44,419 bases of DNA from a virus, in the UHGV virus genome UHGV-0307437; one strand, written 5' to 3'. The stretch's first letter is position 1; every line of letters begins with the position of its first letter. Of the stretch, positions 43,493-44,419 are shown piece by piece. The position numbers were made by a program, and so were the translations under genes. A model generated the notes under the pieces. It was given only the letters and a program-made list of their open reading frames with translations. It did not search any database and had not been told where the DNA came from.

Positions 43493-44236
43493 ATGGAGTG
43501 TATAACAGATAAGCAAAGGAAAATGATATTTGCTCTTGCTAAATGTTATTCCAAGTATGTGTATGAGAGTGATGATTCATTCCACGTCAATCAATCACTA
43601 ACAGAATTAAAAAAGAAATACCAACAGACTTCCTCAAATGTTATTATAGAGCCTTTCAGTAACTTAAGAGATAAAATACTTAAGGTATTAGATAAAACCT
43701 CTCAAACACAAGATAAAGAGGTAATAGCTGATGAGATAGAAAGGTTATTAGTAAGAGAAGTTCAGTTTTTTAAGATAAAGATAGAGGGTGTGTTTAGCAT
43801 ATCCTCTGCTTTGTTCTCGAAGAATAGTGCTACCAAGTTTATTGATTGGTTGATAGGTTACTTTGTGTATGAGGAGATAGAATTAAGTCCAGAGTTACTA
43901 AAAATGTTAGAGGATCAACAAAAAGAAAAATTAGTATATGCTGCTCTAATGAATGGTAAATGTTGTGTATGTGGTAGAAAAGCTAGTCTACATCACGCTA
44001 AGTCAGTAGGATTCATTGGTGGTTACGCTAAGGATAAAGGACAACTTCCTGTATCTCCACTATGTAAAGAACATCACGCAGAGATACATACAATAGGACC
44101 TACTAAATTTAAACTTAAATATCATACTTATGGAAGCATTAAGTTAAGTGATAGAGATATAGAAAAGGTTAAGAAAGTTTATTCCTCGCATTTTCTAGCA
44201 TTTTCATTAGATGGTGGAGATGAGTTAGATGGCTAA
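43493..44236 (+). CDS. Protein with C-terminal HNH-like Zn-binding nuclease motif
   Basis: CCVCGRKASLHHAKS...CKEHHAEIH resembles the CxxC...HH...C..HH..H spacing of HNH endonucleases. Confidence 0.4.
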   Translation: MECITDKQRKMIFALAKCYSKYVYESDDSFHVNQSLTELKKKYQQTSSNVIIEPFSNLRDKILKVLDKTSQTQDKEVIADEIERLLVREVQFFKIKIEGVFSISSALFSKNSATKFIDWLIGYFVYEEIELSPELLKMLEDQQKEKLVYAALMNGKCCVCGRKASLHHAKSVGFIGGYAKDKGQLPVSPLCKEHHAEIHTIGPTKFKLKYHTYGSIKLSDRDIEKVKKVYSSHFLAFSLDGGDELDG

Positions 44237-44419
44237 TGTAAGTAAAAGAAATATGGAAGATTACAAGGATAAAAGAAAACATATTCCTGTATTATTGAAT
44301 TTCGTAAGTTTTAAAGTAGAATTTGATGAGGTAATAAAGTGTTATGAGTTTGAGAGTATAAGACCAACAGGCAAGATAAGATTTAGGTGTACCACAATAA
44401 ATAAGATAGATAACACAGA
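44232..44419 (+). CDS. Hypothetical protein, 3'-truncated by the window end
   Basis: ATG overlaps the upstream stop; frame is open to the end of the window. Confidence 0.35.

Noticed and set aside
1-44419. tRNA, rRNA, CRISPR array, integrase/attachment site
   Set aside because: I scanned non-coding gaps for tRNA-like acceptor/T-arm patterns and for regularly spaced repeats and found none. No protein shows tyrosine- or serine-recombinase motifs. Absence cannot be proven without tRNAscan or HMM searches.

Overview
The window reads as a near-complete genome of a tailed phage or prophage from a low-GC host (about 30% GC, AGA/ATA/TTA-rich codon usage, Firmicutes- or Fusobacteria-like). There are no rRNA or tRNA genes, no CRISPR array and no integrase.

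The genes fall into three blocks:
- **Rightward early genes (39625..44419, continuing at 1..3675 if the genome is circular):** an ERF-family single-strand annealing protein, a Gp157-like protein, a SpoVG-like protein, an HNH-like protein, a Rha/KilAC antirepressor, several Zn-ribbon mini-proteins and a three-member paralogous family. These sit behind a repeated consensus sigma70-type promoter.
- **Rightward late genes (6253..32746):** candidate small terminase, TerL, portal, scaffold, major capsid, two β-helix/pectate-lyase-type tail fibre/spike proteins that share modules, and a long lysis-associated cassette (holin candidates, ComEA-like HhH protein, M15 peptidase endolysin, Gly-rich spanin-like protein). 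A T7-like run of tail-tubular/internal-core-sized proteins follows (about 200, 633, 206, 676 and 1609 aa), with no phage RNA polymerase.
- **Leftward replication/regulation genes (32772..39491):** dimeric dUTPase, PD-(D/E)xK nuclease, XRE HTH protein, DnaB-like helicase, a replisome-organiser-type initiator carrying internal iterons, and an AbrB/MazE-like small protein.

The main features with no assigned function are:
- a translationally coupled five-gene minus-strand moron operon (4052..5360) that includes a 29-aa hydrophobic peptide;
- a very AT-rich moron gene wedged between TerL and portal;
- a promoter-driven, GC-rich, apparently non-coding structured transcript (about 1166..1436);
- an 850-bp non-coding region (5400..6252) with strand-asymmetric composition and repeats, which is a candidate cos/pac site, genome terminus or origin.

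Every product call rests on motifs read by eye; no database search was possible.
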